Source: the human T2T-CHM13v2.0 reference genome, Homo sapiens
Assembly (NCBI RefSeq): GCF_009914755.1
Contig: NC_060927.1
Reading direction: 5' to 3' (one strand)
Length of the DNA stretch: 64,000 bases
This document shows, in pieces, positions 26,871-40,038 of this stretch. Position 1 is the first letter of the stretch; each line of letters opens with the position of its first letter. The translations under genes were made by a program, and so were the position numbers. Under the pieces are notes generated by a model, which saw only the letters and a program-made list of their open reading frames with translations, ran no database searches and was not told where the DNA came from.

Positions 26871-28214
26871 GCTGCATCAACAGGCTTTTGATGAGATGGG
26901 TAGAAAGCACTTGTGCCACAGTCCTCCTTTTGAAATATAAACTGCTCGCCTTTCCCTTAGTCTGCGGGGTCTAATTCTTTGACTTCTGGGGCCTTCCACG
27001 ATTTAGCCTTTATCCTATTCATTCATTCGTCTCCTTTCCCAAAATATATCATGCTAACCTGGGAATTGGAAGACATGTTTCACTCCTGTACTACCTCCCT
27101 TTGGGCCTCTGTTCATCAGTGCTTTGATATGTATGTGCTCTTCTTTCTTTCTTGGTGGTTCTCAAGAGCAAGAGCTATGTCAATGATTTCTCTTTTATTC
27201 TCCTACTCTGTATGCTTATTCTTGTACTTTGTAAGCTCTGATGTACAGCATTTTGTATAGTTCTTTTTTGGGAGTGGGAGCTCAATAAGTCAGTGACCCA
27301 ACTGAGCTGACATCAGAGAAAGGGCCAAGGCTGCTCCACAGAGGGATCTAATGTCCCAAAGGATGTAAACCTAGGGATGTTAGACGATGGCCTCCAAGTA
27401 CCTGCTTCCTCTGGAAGGAAGGAAGGCAGCTGGCTGACACATGGCTATGCCATGAACCCGGGGCAGCCTGGCACATCACAGGCCCTCAATAGATGTTTGT
27501 TGGAAGAACAGATTCCATGTACTTCTAAGTTGATTTGAGCTCAAAGCAAGGAGGGATTGACACACTGTCCTCCATCCTCACAAAATTGATAAACATAGCA
27601 TTTTTATAACATTAGGTAAATTCTGAATGTAAACTTAGTGGCAGAATACAATTGGATATTATTGATTGACAATTAAAATAGAAATTAAAAACTGCCCAGT
27701 CTCTAAATGATCTTTTTCAACATTACATCTATTTTTCTATCTGAACAGAATATCTATATTTTTCAACTTCTTTTATGTTCCCCTGATGAAAAAATAGCAG
27801 TTAAAGACTGCTTCACTCTGATTAATCCTTTCCAATATTTTACCTATTTTTCTGTTTGAAGAGACTGTATTTTAAAGCTCCCTGTGTATTCCTTTGATGA
27901 AATATTGGAGCAGTTTTGGTTCCTGAGGTTTCTTTTTTTCTTTCCATTTAATTAAGCTGATTAGTATCCCATATGGAGTGGAAACAATTGTTTTCAGATA
28001 TGCTAGCATACAGTTACCCAAGGAGCTGCAATTGTTTACATGTTTCTAATTTCCTTATGGAAATTCTTAGACTTTGTTAGATAAAGATCTGGCAGACTCT
28101 AATTTTGAACATTACAGCCTTTGGTTATCAGACATGGCTATATCCTGTTCAGTGGCCTCTGGGATAAAATAGTATATTCTACAATTTTCGTTCCATAGAG
28201 TGAACTTTCAAAAG

Positions 28215-28802
28215 CCTACCCAGCATCCATTTCCTCTTGCCTGTTTCTAACAGCACTCTGATTTTTGTTCAGGAATACCTCTACCCGCATGCAGAGCTGA
28301 GGTTTAGGGAAGCTGACCCTGCCTTCAGCTGCAGTGTGGGCCTCACTGTTCTATGGGTAATTCTACTCCTTTGCCACAGCGGAATCCAGACCTTAGATAA
28401 TCTATGGGTGGCATTCTTGGGTCAAGGGGATTGGTTCAGGAATGGGCATGTGACCAAATTGTGACTAATAAGGTAGAAGGTTTTGTAAGAGTTTCAGGAT
28501 AGGAGGATTCCTAAAGAGTGGGGTTACTGGATAATATGGTCCCTCTTCCTGTGGACATTGTTATGGCCAGGAAATGCTACTGTCACCTCGCTGGTGGCCC
28601 GAGTAAGTTGCCAAGCCACAGAAGAGGAAGGGGCCAAGCAAATCATAGAGAGGCAGATTTGGAGGCTGATGGAGCCACACCTGACAGCTACCCAGCATCT
28701 GGACTCTTTCAGTTAAATTAACCAATAAATCCCCTTTAGGGTATGAGCCAGTTGGAATAGAGTTTTCTATTACTCACAGCCAAATGCATCCTTGCCAATA
28801 TA
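28215..28802 (+). mobile_element. MLT1K/L-type LTR
   Basis: gattggttcaggaatgggcatgtgacc...ccaataaatcccc...ttttctattactcacagcc. Confidence 0.7.
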
Positions 28803-29021
28803 GACAATTTCACCAAAGAATTGTGAATCATAAAATAAGAACTCAGTCCTAGGAAATAAAACATAAATGTGTGAGTGAATACAGAAAAGAAAATACAGAG
28901 CAGGCCTGGATGTAATACAGTCCTCCTTTCTTCTATCTTCCAAATGAAGAAACAGGTTCAGAGACTTCTGACGAAGCTTGCAAGTTACAGAGCCAGGATT
29001 CCTGCTAGGCTTATAAGTCAT

Positions 29022-29023
<2 letters not shown>

Positions 29024-29055
<32 letters not shown>

Positions 29056-29183
29056 ATATATATACATATGTACACACACACACGTATATATATATATATA
29101 CACACACACATAGGTACACACACACACACGTATATATATATACACACATGTACACACACACGTATATATATATACACACATAT

Positions 29184-29221
<38 letters not shown>
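29024..29221. repeat. Complex (CA)/(TA) microsatellite with a higher-order unit
   Basis: About 4 cycles of (CA)nCG(TA)n(CA)nT..GTA between two long (CA)n tracts. Confidence 0.95.
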
Positions 29222-29223
<2 letters not shown>

Positions 29224-29425
29224 AGCTATACTTTGACAAATTCCTTCAGAGAAACCCAATGGGCAATCTGGTACCAGACCCTACCTTGACCTAATCAAAC
29301 AGCTATGCTACTCTTGCTATAGTTCTTATAAAATATATGAACAGAAAATAGTCTGTATATCTTCTTATTTTTCTACACAAGGTTCTGTCTCAACAACCTC
29401 GCCATTTTTCTTTAAGTGACTTGGC

Positions 29426-29835
29426 TTTTTTTTTTTTTTAACAATTTATGTTCTGATTGCTTTATTCGTAATGCGTAGAGCTGGTCAAAGGGGTCAATGA
29501 AAAGAAGATAAATAGAAACTGATTACAGCACAAATCAAATGTGTAAATAAACATCATAATCTCATTTTGACATCCCAGGCTTGTGGTCAGGTATCATGGT
29601 CATATGTCATCCATCTTTCGTAGGCAGTTCAGCAATCTCCAGTCATTCCCTAAGTGGGCTCAGTAGTGACCATCTGGCACTGGTGGACCACCAAGCAGAT
29701 GCCTGGTCGATGAACATTCCCATCATGTCTCTTCCAGGCCCTGAGACCTACACCTCTCTCAGAGCAAATTTAAAAATTTCTGGCCTGGTATGCCAGGTTC
29801 TTGGTATCCTCATTCCACTTGCCTCTCCAGCTTGT
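29426..29835 (-). pseudogene. Probable processed retrocopy of an unidentified mRNA (5' boundary approximate)
   Basis: 14-nt polyA (T run 29426-29439) 21 nt after AATAAA (tttatt 29461-29466); AT-rich 3'UTR-like part then a GC-richer part with stops in all three frames; not a repeat I recognise. Confidence 0.6.
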
Positions 29836-30113
29836 GGAAATGATTTTATTTTCTCTCTCTCTCTCTCACTCTGTTTCTCTCTCTCTCTCTCTACCTCTAC
29901 CTCTATTTCTGTCTCTGTCTACCCTGTTATACTTCTTCTCTTCTAAATGCCATGCTCTTATTTTCCTATGCTTCTTATTCTTTTTTTTCATCACTAAAGA
30001 TCTATCCTTTCTTCTCTCTGTCATAATAAGACTACCTCTTATTGATTTCATAATGAGAACTTCCAACAATCTATTTGTCCCTTTATCTCAACCTTTTTGG
30101 TTAAACAATTCAA

Positions 30114-30403
30114 TTTTTTTTTTTTTGAGACAGTCTGGCTGTGTCGCCCAGGCTGGAGTGCAGAGGCACAATCTCGGCTCTGCAAGCTCTGCCTCTTGGG
30201 TTCACGCCATTCTCCTACCTCAGCCTCCCGAGTAGCTGGGACTACAGGTGCCCGCCACCACGCCCGGCTAATTTTTTGTATTTTTAGTAGAGACGGGGTT
30301 TCACTGTATTAGCCAGGATGGTCTTGATCTCCTGACCTTGTGATCCACCCACCTCGGCCACCCAAAGTGCTGAGATTACAGGCGTGAGCCACCGTGCCTG
30401 GCC
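30114..30403 (-). mobile_element. AluY
   Basis: Y diagnostics; TSD acaattcaattttt. Confidence 0.96.
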
Positions 30404-30599
30404 GACAATTCAATTTTTAATGTTAGAACATCTCAACATTTTCTTAAGATGATTCAGGTATTTAAAAGTAATTTCCCTAAACAATTATATAATTTTTAAA
30501 AGTCTCTCTTTTTCTATTTTCTAATACCTTCCAGAATTGGATAATTAGAAAATGTTTTTGAGTTTTTAAAAAAATTATTTTTATTTCCTTTTTTAAAAA

Positions 30600-31776
30600 T
30601 TTTCATTTTTTTATTTCAATAGATTTTTGGGGAACAGGTGGTGTTTGATTACATGAATAAGTTCTTTAGTGGTGATTTCTGAGATTTTGGTGCATCCCTC
30701 ACCCAAGCAGTGCATACTGTACCCAATGTGTAGTCTGTTATCCCTTGTCACCCACCCCACCCTTTCCCCTGAGTCCCCAAAGTCCAAGGTATCACTCTTA
30801 TGCCTTTGCGTCCTCATAGCTTAGCTCCTACTTATAAGTAGGAACATATGATGTTTGGTTTTCCATTCCTGAGTTACTTCACTTAGAATAACAGTCTCCA
30901 ATTCTATCCAGGTTGCTGCAAATGCCATTATTTTGTTCCTTTTTATGGCTGAGTAGTATTCCGAGGTATGTATATACTACATTTTCTTTATCCACTCATT
31001 GGTTGATGGGCATTTGGGTTGGTTCCATATTTTTGCAATTGCAAGTTGTGCTGCTATAAACCTGCATGTGCAAATATCTTTTTCATATAATGACTTGTTT
31101 TCCTGTAGGTAGATACCTAGTAGTGGGATTGCTGGATCAAATGGTAGATCCACTTTTAGTTCTTTAAGGAATTTCCACACTGTTTTCCGTAATGGTTGTA
31201 CTAGTTTTCATTCCTACCAGCAGTATAAAAGTGTTCCCTCTTCACCACATCCACACCAACATCTATTTAAAAAAATTTTTTTGATTATGGCCATTCTTGC
31301 AGAAGTGAGACGGTATTGCATTCCACTTGTATATCTTCTTTTGAGAATTGTCTATTCATGTACTTATCTCAATTTTTGGTGGGATTCTTCGTTTTTTTTC
31401 TTGCTGATTTGTTTGAGTTCTTTGTAGATTCTGGATATTAGTCCTTTGTCAGATGTATATGTTGCGAAGATTTTCTCCCACTCTGTGGGTTGTCTGTTAA
31501 TTCTGCTGATTATTTATTTTGCTGTATAGTTTTTCAGTTTACTTAAGTCTCATCTATTTATCTTTGTTTTTGTTGCATTTGCTTTTGGGTTCTTGGTCAT
31601 GAAGTCTTTGCCTAAGCCAATGTCTAGAAGGGTTTTCCCAATGTTATCATCTAGAATCTTTGTGGTTTCAGGTCTCAGATTTAAGTCTTTGATCCATCTT
31701 GAATTGATTTTTGTATAAGGTGAGAGATGAGTATCCAGCTTCATTCTTCTCCATGTGGCTTGCCAATTATTCCAGA
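30600..31776 (-). mobile_element. L1PB1 3' end
   Basis: ttatttcaatagatttttggggaacaggtggtgtttg 3' signature; ORF2 remnants [22 protein letters not shown]. Confidence 0.92.
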
Positions 31777-32329
31777 AGCTTGTTTTTTTTTTTAAATGAA
31801 GAAATGGTAAAGAAGGTAAGTCCTCCACTAGACTAAATATGAGCATGGCACCCTGATACAAATAATGTAGTCAAATTCTTATCTGGACTTCATTGTCTAC
31901 CCCCAAGCAATTTGTCAAGTTATTTTCCTAAATACAGAGTTTTCCTGCCAAGAATTCTGGTGACAGTTGTCAGGCAATAAAATTGTAATTTCCTGGCTAT
32001 AAATGAATGGTCTTTCCACTGACAGATGACATCATATTGTATAGATTCATTCCTGAAGAATCTATTGCAGCCCTAAAGTACTACTACCTTTACCTTTTAA
32101 AGGGGCTCTGAACTTTCCGAAGCTTAATAACTAAAAGGATATTTTAAAAACTTCAATAATGGCTATTATATCATTATTTACCATGTAAGTATTATTGTGG
32201 CACATTGCAAAGCATTGGTAATATGGCCATCGCAGAGTTATCTTGCCTAATCATTTAATCCTAAGGTTTCTTTTAAAAAAAATGGCTCATGATCCACAAA
32301 GACAGTAAGCACATAAGATTTCAGAGGAG

Positions 32330-33085
32330 AAAACAATTGCTGTAGCCTAGAATAATTGAGGTTTCAGCAGTGAAATCTGAGTTGGCCAGGTAGGATTCAG
32401 CTGGGAGAGAGGAAGCAGAAAGGTACTCTTGTCTAAGTGAATAGCGTGGACAAATCTGCGGTGATGAGAATGCATAAAGCATGCTTTAGGGAACAGTCAG
32501 TTGAGTAGTCTAGCTGGGGTAGAGTATACTGTTGTAGAAAATCTTAAAACTCAAGCAAGATAGTTTGCATTTTTTTGCTTCTGTGAGCATATGGGAACCT
32601 AGCACTGGAGGCTAGGAGGGAGGGATGAGAGCTTTAAGAAGGTGAACCTGATTGCAGAGTGCATGGCTCTGGAGGCTGGGGGTCCATTTTAGATGAAATG
32701 AAGTCGTCCATGTGCAACTGCAACAGCTTGACTGAAGGAGGGAAAGGGAGAGTGGAAATGATGAGTCAGAGGGGGAGATGTTAGGAAGAAAAAGGATCAG
32801 CAGCTCTTGGGGACCAACTGGAAAAGGAAGTCCAGATGGAGAGGGCATCCAAGATGATTCCAAAGTTTGCAGCCTTCATCATGGTGGAAGAAACTACCCT
32901 TGGAAAAATCAGGAAAGAAAAGGGAGCCAGGATTAGGAGGTAAAAAAAGGAATTTGTTCCCTAATAGACTGAGTTTGAGGTGACAGTAAGATAATGAGGT
33001 GGGGCTGTTCAGAAGGCAGTGGGGAAGAAAGTTAAGAAAACCAGTCAGGGCTGGAAATAAGGATCTGGGAGCTGTTTCCGCCTTA
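32330..33085 (-). mobile_element. L2
   Basis: catccaagatgattccaaagtttgcagc...ctgagtttgaggtg...ggatctgggag. Confidence 0.75.
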
Positions 33086-33263
33086 AAATGGTCCTCTTTC
33101 CTTCCTAACAGAATTCCACCTGTGTTTGGGCTGCCATGTGCCCAGATGGAAAGGATAAGCCATGATTGGCCAGACCCCAAATATGGTATCTCATTTCCCT
33201 TTGATTGGTTAAGGGGTGAGAGTGTGATTCCGTTCTGGCCAATGAGGCTAAAGGGCTCTAGGG

Positions 33264-33295
<32 letters not shown>

Positions 33296-33585
33296 CCTCC
33301 TGGTAAAGAGACCACCATAGGGCGGAGCCCTGAGCTTCCATCTTCCTCCTTCCTGCTAGTGAGCTTGGCCAGGGGGGCTTGGACACTTTGGAGAGGGGCC
33401 GACACACGGATGATGACAAAACAGAAAGATAGTAAGAGCCTCTGGTTCCTAGTGGCCTTGTGGATTTGCTGAACCAAGCCTTGATGTGCTGACCTCCAGA
33501 CTCGTTACACTTAACATTTATTAAATGTCTTTATTACTTAACTGTTGGTTGGTATTTTATGATTTTCAGCTTATCTTAACTGATA
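33086..33585 (+). mobile_element. Old MLT1-family LTR with an internal poly-T tract
   Basis: gattggttaaggggtgagagtgtgattccgttctggccaatgag...ctccagact...cttaactgata. Confidence 0.65.
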
Positions 33586-35030
33586 TGGATATAATTACTA
33601 ATGCTTGTGAGAATGGATGAGCCCTGAGAAGGGGGAAGAGAAAGACAAAGCCTGGAAACTTCTTTTAGCAGATGGAAACCTTTTGCTAATTAAACCTTAA
33701 GGTTTTTAATCTTAAAAGCTACACAGAAAACTTGTTTTAATTTTGAAAACATAATACTCCTCCTCCCCCAACACGCGCACCGGACAACCTCTCTCCTTGA
33801 ACCACTCCGGGTGGTTCAAATTCCAGAGACCATATGTTTCAAATGAAAGGTCAAAAAGGAGATCGGTTTCAGTTTGGAGCTAAGGGAGAGTGATTATTTC
33901 TCTAATGTGAGCTGCTTCCTGTTGCTAAAACACTGCCCCTTCAAATGAGATTGTTTGCTAAGTGAGGCATCTCCTTCCTCTTTCTTCCTTGGATGAATTA
34001 GCAAGCAAGAAGAGTCAGTCTGAGGCTCCTCACTGTGACGGACTGAGGAGCTTTATTTACTCCCTGCGGATAGTGGCCTGCCACCAGAGAGGCCACAGGC
34101 CGGAGTGATGGAGCTGACTCATAGGGTAAGGAGAAAGTGGCCTGGATCGTTGACAGAGGTAAGCAGTGTCCAATTCCTCCTAGGCGGGGGAGGGAGAGGT
34201 TATGGCAAAGAAAGCCGTTTCTATTCCACTGGGCAATTAATGCCACCATTTTTCTTGAAAAAGCGTTTTTTTTTTCTTAAGCCGTTGAGGATAATTTAAC
34301 CCCCATCTTGACAGGACGTACTAATGACCGCTAATGGATACATTCTTTTAATAAATGAAGAGGCACAAGAAAATTGCCAGATATTAAACAGAGTCCCACA
34401 TGTCTTATCTGAGACTATAATGGCTCTATCAAGTGACCCAAGTGAAAGAAATGTCACTCTTCAGAGGTTAAAGGAGTCTATTTTTTCTTAGTGCGATATA
34501 AATTCATGGCTAGAAAGAACAGTAATTCATTGGTCTACCCTAGGAAATGTTTAAAGGGGGCTGTATCTCAAGTTAAATGATGCATTTTCTATTGGTAGTA
34601 AAGAAAATATGAAATAGGTACCTCTGTGCACTGTGGATTTATGTAAATGGCTTTTTACCAGGTAATATAGCCTAAAGCTCTGTCAAGTCTCTAACGCTTG
34701 GAATTTTTGGCAAAGAAATGAAAGAACCTGTAAGTTATCATTATTTTATTTTATTTTATTTTTTTCAATACCTTCCAGGGTGTGGTCTTTTTGTTTGGTA
34801 ATTTTAAACTACATTCTTGAAAAAGTTTCTCAAGATTCAAGCAATTCCTAGGACTGTATGTACACTTGGGGAACATTTCTTAAAATACATAACGAATTCA
34901 AATTAATAAGAAAAAGACAACCCAGAAGAAAAATGGACACGTGAATTAATCAGAAACTCAAGAGGTAATGGCCAATAATCCTATGAAAAGGTGAATGATG
35001 TGTATGGTGGTCTTCTGCAACTTGCCTTTC

Positions 35031-35526
<496 letters not shown>

Positions 35527-35540
35527 CAACTGCCATTTTC

Positions 35541-35841
35541 TTTCTTTCTTTCTTTTTTCCTGAGACAGAGTCTCGCTCTGTCACCAGGCTGGAGTGCTGT
35601 GGAGCGATTTTGGCTCTTTGAAACCTCCACCTCCTGGGTTAGAGGAATTCTTCTGCCACAGCCTCCTGAATAGCTGGGACTACAGGTGTACACCACCACG
35701 CCCAGCTAATTTTTTGTATTTTTAGTAAAGACGGGGTTTCGCCATGTTGGTCAGGATGGTCTCGATCTCCCGACCTCGTGATCCACCCGCCTGGGCCTCC
35801 CAGAGTGCTGGGATTACAGGTGTGAGCCACCGCACCCGGCC
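35541..35841 (-). mobile_element. AluSc-like
   Basis: Dimer; perfect TSD caactgccattttc at 35527-35540 and 35843-35856. Confidence 0.95.
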
Positions 35842-36152
35842 CCAACTGCCATTTTCAATATAACACTATGCCTCTGCGTTTGATCCATCCATGGTATCGT
35901 GTGTAGCAACATCATTTTCACTATGGTAATTATTCAGTGGAGGAACATTCCACAATTTTGTTCTCCCTACATGTAGCATGGTTCCATATTTAGAAAGCTC
36001 AAATACAGCTTAAAATTATAAAATGGATTGTGTATGGATATATACATACCTGACAAAACTGCTTAAAACAAGCAAAATCACAATAAAAACAATCTTCAAG
36101 ATAATGTTTTCTTCATGGAGAGGGAGACTGACACTGAGGAGAGGATGGGAAA

Positions 36153-36470
36153 TGTATCAGTTATCTATAGCTATGTAAAGACCCACCCTAAAATAGTGGC
36201 TTAAAACAACCAGTTATTGTTCATGATTCTCTGGGTCAAGACTTCAGGCAAGGCTTGGTGGGGATGGCTTGTCTCTGGCTCACTCATGTGTCTGCGTTCA
36301 GCTGGGCTGGTGGGTCCAAGATGGCCTCACCCTCAAGGCTGGGGCCTTGGTGCTGTGTGTCGGCTGGAGTTCCTCAGACTTCCTCCATGTGGCTTCTCTC
36401 TTCATGTAGAGTTTCATCTTTTGTTCCGTGTTCTTTTCCCTCCAAGAGGTTAGCCTGGAGTTCTTTACAA
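36153..36470 (-). mobile_element. MLT1I/J-type LTR fragment
   Basis: tgtatcagttatcta...ccctaaaatagtggcttaaaacaac. Confidence 0.75.
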
Positions 36471-37353
36471 GGAGAAATCATCCACTAATATTTGTATAAC
36501 TAAAACTTGATGGCAATTAAAATATATTAACAAAGGTGTGCTCTGTGGTCCAATATTGTTGGGAAATGTTGCATATGGCTTCTCCTTGTGGAGCTTCCAC
36601 TGCAAACAAAACAGAAAGCTTACTAAAGTCTCTGAGAGGTCTTGCATGGAGCAAAGAAAGACAAAAGGCGAGATGCTACGTCTTTTTTCCAGGGATATAT
36701 AAAGGAAGTGCTGGGTTAGATAAAGCAAGAAGGCTTTGGCTTGCCTTATGAGAACATCATCATCATCTTAACTCTGCTATTCCTGTACCCATCAGAGTCC
36801 CAGTATAACTGCAGGTGGCTCCAATTGCCAAGGCGTCTGAACACTCCTAAAACCTGTAGGAAGTAGCCACTAGGCCAAAGGGTCAACAGTGCTTTTCCAG
36901 GAGTCAGGTCATTTATGTTTCTGCCTCTCTCCACCGTCCTGCCAGTGACCTTGTCTTGAATTAGTTCACCTACTTAACTCCTATCTCTTGTTTGCTTTAA
37001 CCCCCATGAGCTGCTTTGATCAATTACCAGCATGTCCCTGATGCTTGATGACCATAAGTTCCTTGGATTCTTTCCTTTGAAAGTTAGTCCATGTTGGTTG
37101 TGACAAATTCAAATAATACCAAAAAGCAAAAGCCTTCCCTTATCTATTTCAATCCCCCAGTCCCACCATTAACAGTTGAGCAGTTCAGTTTCCTTCTAGA
37201 TGATTTTCCATGTTTATGTAAACACATGTGCATATATATTTGAACAAAATGGGTATCAACATGTTCATATAGTTCTGTAATCTTTTTCATTAATATATCA
37301 TGCATATTATTACATGTCAGTACATATAGATTGATCTCTTTTTAATAGTGTCA

Positions 37354-37643
37354 GTGGGTGGACTCACATCTATAATCCCAACAGTTTTGGAGGCCGAGCT
37401 GGGAGGATTGCTTGAATCCAGCAGTAAGTACAAGACCAGCCTGGGAAACATAGTGAGACTCCTTTCTAGGAAACCATAACTAAAAAATTAGCTGGGCATG
37501 GTGGCACACACCTGTAGTCCCAGTTACTCAGGAGGCTGAAGCAGGAGGATGGCTTGAGCCCAGGAGTTTGAAGCTGCAGTGAGCTGTGATTGTGCCACTG
37601 TACTCTAGCCTGAGCAACAGAATGAGTGTCAAAAAAAAAAAAA
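37354..37643 (+). mobile_element. AluJ inside an old L1M fragment
   Basis: ggaggatggcttgagcccaggagtttgaagctgcagtgagctgtgat; TSD agtgtca. Confidence 0.92.
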
Positions 37644-38586
37644 GTGTCATTACGCCGAAGTATGGGAGTTCCTTTGTTTATTCAGCTCTTTTCCTCCGGA
37701 TCAATGTTCATGTTGCTCCTTATTATTATTATTATTATTTTTTGGCTATTGTAAACAATGTGGCTGTGACCGCCTCCCCACCCACTCCATGTACCTAAAT
37801 CTTTGTACATTCATGCCAGCTAATGTTCTGAGGAATACGTTTCCAGACGGGCAGTGCTGGATCTTAAGGCATGCCTGGCCTCCTCTCTCTCATTATCCTT
37901 TTGACCCTGATATCCTAGAGACTTCTGTTGTTACCTGCCTGCCTGCCCAGATCAGTCTGTGGTTCACTTGTTCCAGGGCTCCTCAGAGAGTCAGTCGCTT
38001 ATACATGCTCTCTGAAGCTTTGTCCAGGCAGCCTAGGTTGCTCACATCAGTTGACAGCTATGCTCAATTACAGCACTTGTCACATTGTGTTATAATTGTT
38101 TTTCTACTTGTCTAACTTCTCCACTAGATTGGAACTTTCTAAAGGCATCATCAGTGTCTGGCACAGGACTTAGCACTCAGACCAAATTCCTTAGCAAATT
38201 TTATTGAACTCACACTGTGTGCTAAACACTAGCACTGTGTACATAGAGCTATGGACAAAACCAAATTCCCTGCTTGAGTGGGCAGAGACACACAATCCAC
38301 AAACAATCATAAATAATTTGTTAGATGGAAAGTGCTATATAAAGAAAAATAAGGCACAGTACAGCCTTAGAGAATGCTTCTGTTCACAGGTGGCGTATAT
38401 TTGAGCATGGATCTAAATGAGGTGAAGGATTGAGATGGCTGCTTGGGGAAGAACTTTCCAGGCATGAATGAATGCCTGAAGTGAGCATCTCCACTTCCTG
38501 ATATGAGAGAAGAGACGTAACAAAGATTCCTCCAGAACCAAAAGGATCCGAGATAAGGCTAACTTGATTAACGTGCTTAATGTGAA

Positions 38587-39050
38587 TGCCACACCTTGGG
38601 TTTCCCAGGAAGAAGACTCTCAGATGAAGACCAGTGTTTAGGAAGCTTATTAGGAATGCTTGCGGGATCAACACCTGTTGGGGAAGAAAGGCAGCAAGAT
38701 TGGGCAGAGGACAGAGTTGGGCTATGGTGCAGTCTCAGTGGAGGTTTCCATCGGCCATCGGGAGTTCTGAAGCTGGGCTGGCCCTTCGGGGTGGTCCCAA
38801 GTTGGGGGCTGGAGCTTTATGCCTCGCCTTAGTCCATCATTAGATGTTGGCCATCCCAGGAAGGATTATGACCTTGGGTGAGGTGGCTCCCCTCTGCCAC
38901 AGTAGTCCTTGGCAGCTGAGGGCTACTTAAATGATTTCAACTTCTTCCTTTTGTTCCCCCAGCACCAGGAGTGATGGTTCCTCAGCAGTGGAGGGAGGGA
39001 GTCCTTCCTTCCTGAAGGGGATCTGGGTGGGCCAGTTCACTGTTCATCAC
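38587..39050 (-). mobile_element. LTR16-family LTR
   Basis: gggtttcccaggaagaagactctcagatg...ggatcaacacctgt...gagttctgaagctggg. Confidence 0.75.
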
Positions 39051-39500
39051 CGTGAGACAAGGTGGCACATGGTGATGGGGAGCACAACATGCTGGGGTGG
39101 GTGGGTGTGGGCAGTCAATAGATGCAGGTCTAAACCTTGCTGCATTGGAGAGAAGATAAGAGAAAAAGTTGCTGAGATGGTTTCCTGGGCCTATGTGCTC
39201 TCAGAGTCCTTTCCTTTTCTTAGCTTGCCCAGTGGTGCTGACACCTGCAGGCTGCATCTCTCAAACTCCCCATCAGTTGGTTTCTGGCAGGTTTGACCAG
39301 GAGAAACCACTGATCAGACATAAGCAGGAGGAAACCAGAGAAACCAGAGAAACCAGAGTATTTCCATCCTTCCTCTTCGCTTTGGGCAGGAACTCCATTA
39401 GCAGCTTGTCTTCTCCCTTGTTCTAACTCTCCTATGCAGGCTCACTGTGGTTCCAGCTCCCATAAAGGAATCTCTCAGTCCCTGGCTCTGGCCACACCAC

Positions 39501-39874
39501 TGTGGTAGATGTGAGGTACTCAGGTCCTCTTTAAGGAAGGACTTGCTGCCCAACGGCAGGTGCTGCAGCCAGCATCCAGCTGTCAGCTCCTACAGGGTCA
39601 GCCTTACTTGCAGAGAACCACCTTGCTCGAGGTCATGCCCTTCCTGAAGCAGCTGGCATCCGGTGAGTGGAAGAGGTGGGGTGTTGAATGCCCTGCCATT
39701 CTGGCTTGTTGGAGGACACAGGTGGGCTGAGGTTTCATTGGGTCTGCATAACTGTGTGGCTTCTGCCTCTGCCCATTCTGTTGCTTCTCCTTCCCCTTCC
39801 CAGGTGTTGACCCCTCATGAACACCTTGCACTCCAGTATATTTCTAAGTGCTTCTGAGAACCCAGCCTGCAACA
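39501..39874 (+). mobile_element. LTR16A/B
   Basis: tgtggtagatg...caggtgttgacccc...gagaacccagcctgcaaca. Confidence 0.75.
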
Positions 39875-40038
39875 CCACTTCTCCCCTCTGCCTCCAGCCT
39901 AGAGATGGGAATGGCTTCCTGCTGGTGCTAATCTCTAGGTGGCCTCACCATGTCCCATTTGGACACTCTGCTCTTGCATCATCCATGTAATCAATTAACT
40001 GCATTAAATCCCCATCTCTTTAAATAAAGTAGGTTCTG

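Noticed and set aside
28770-29294. Several VC/HT-rich ORFs
   Set aside because: Translations of the CA/TA microsatellite
32797-33477. Longest ORF (226 aa) and the antisense 157-aa ORF
   Set aside because: They span L2 and MLT1 remnants and a T tract read as poly-K or poly-F; no recognisable domain
34073-34096. CTCF-like CCACCAGAGAGGC within a 7-bp inverted repeat
   Set aside because: Mismatches at key GGC core positions; stem too short to be significant
39331-39358. Triple GAAACCAGA tandem repeat
   Set aside because: Simple slippage within an LTR remnant
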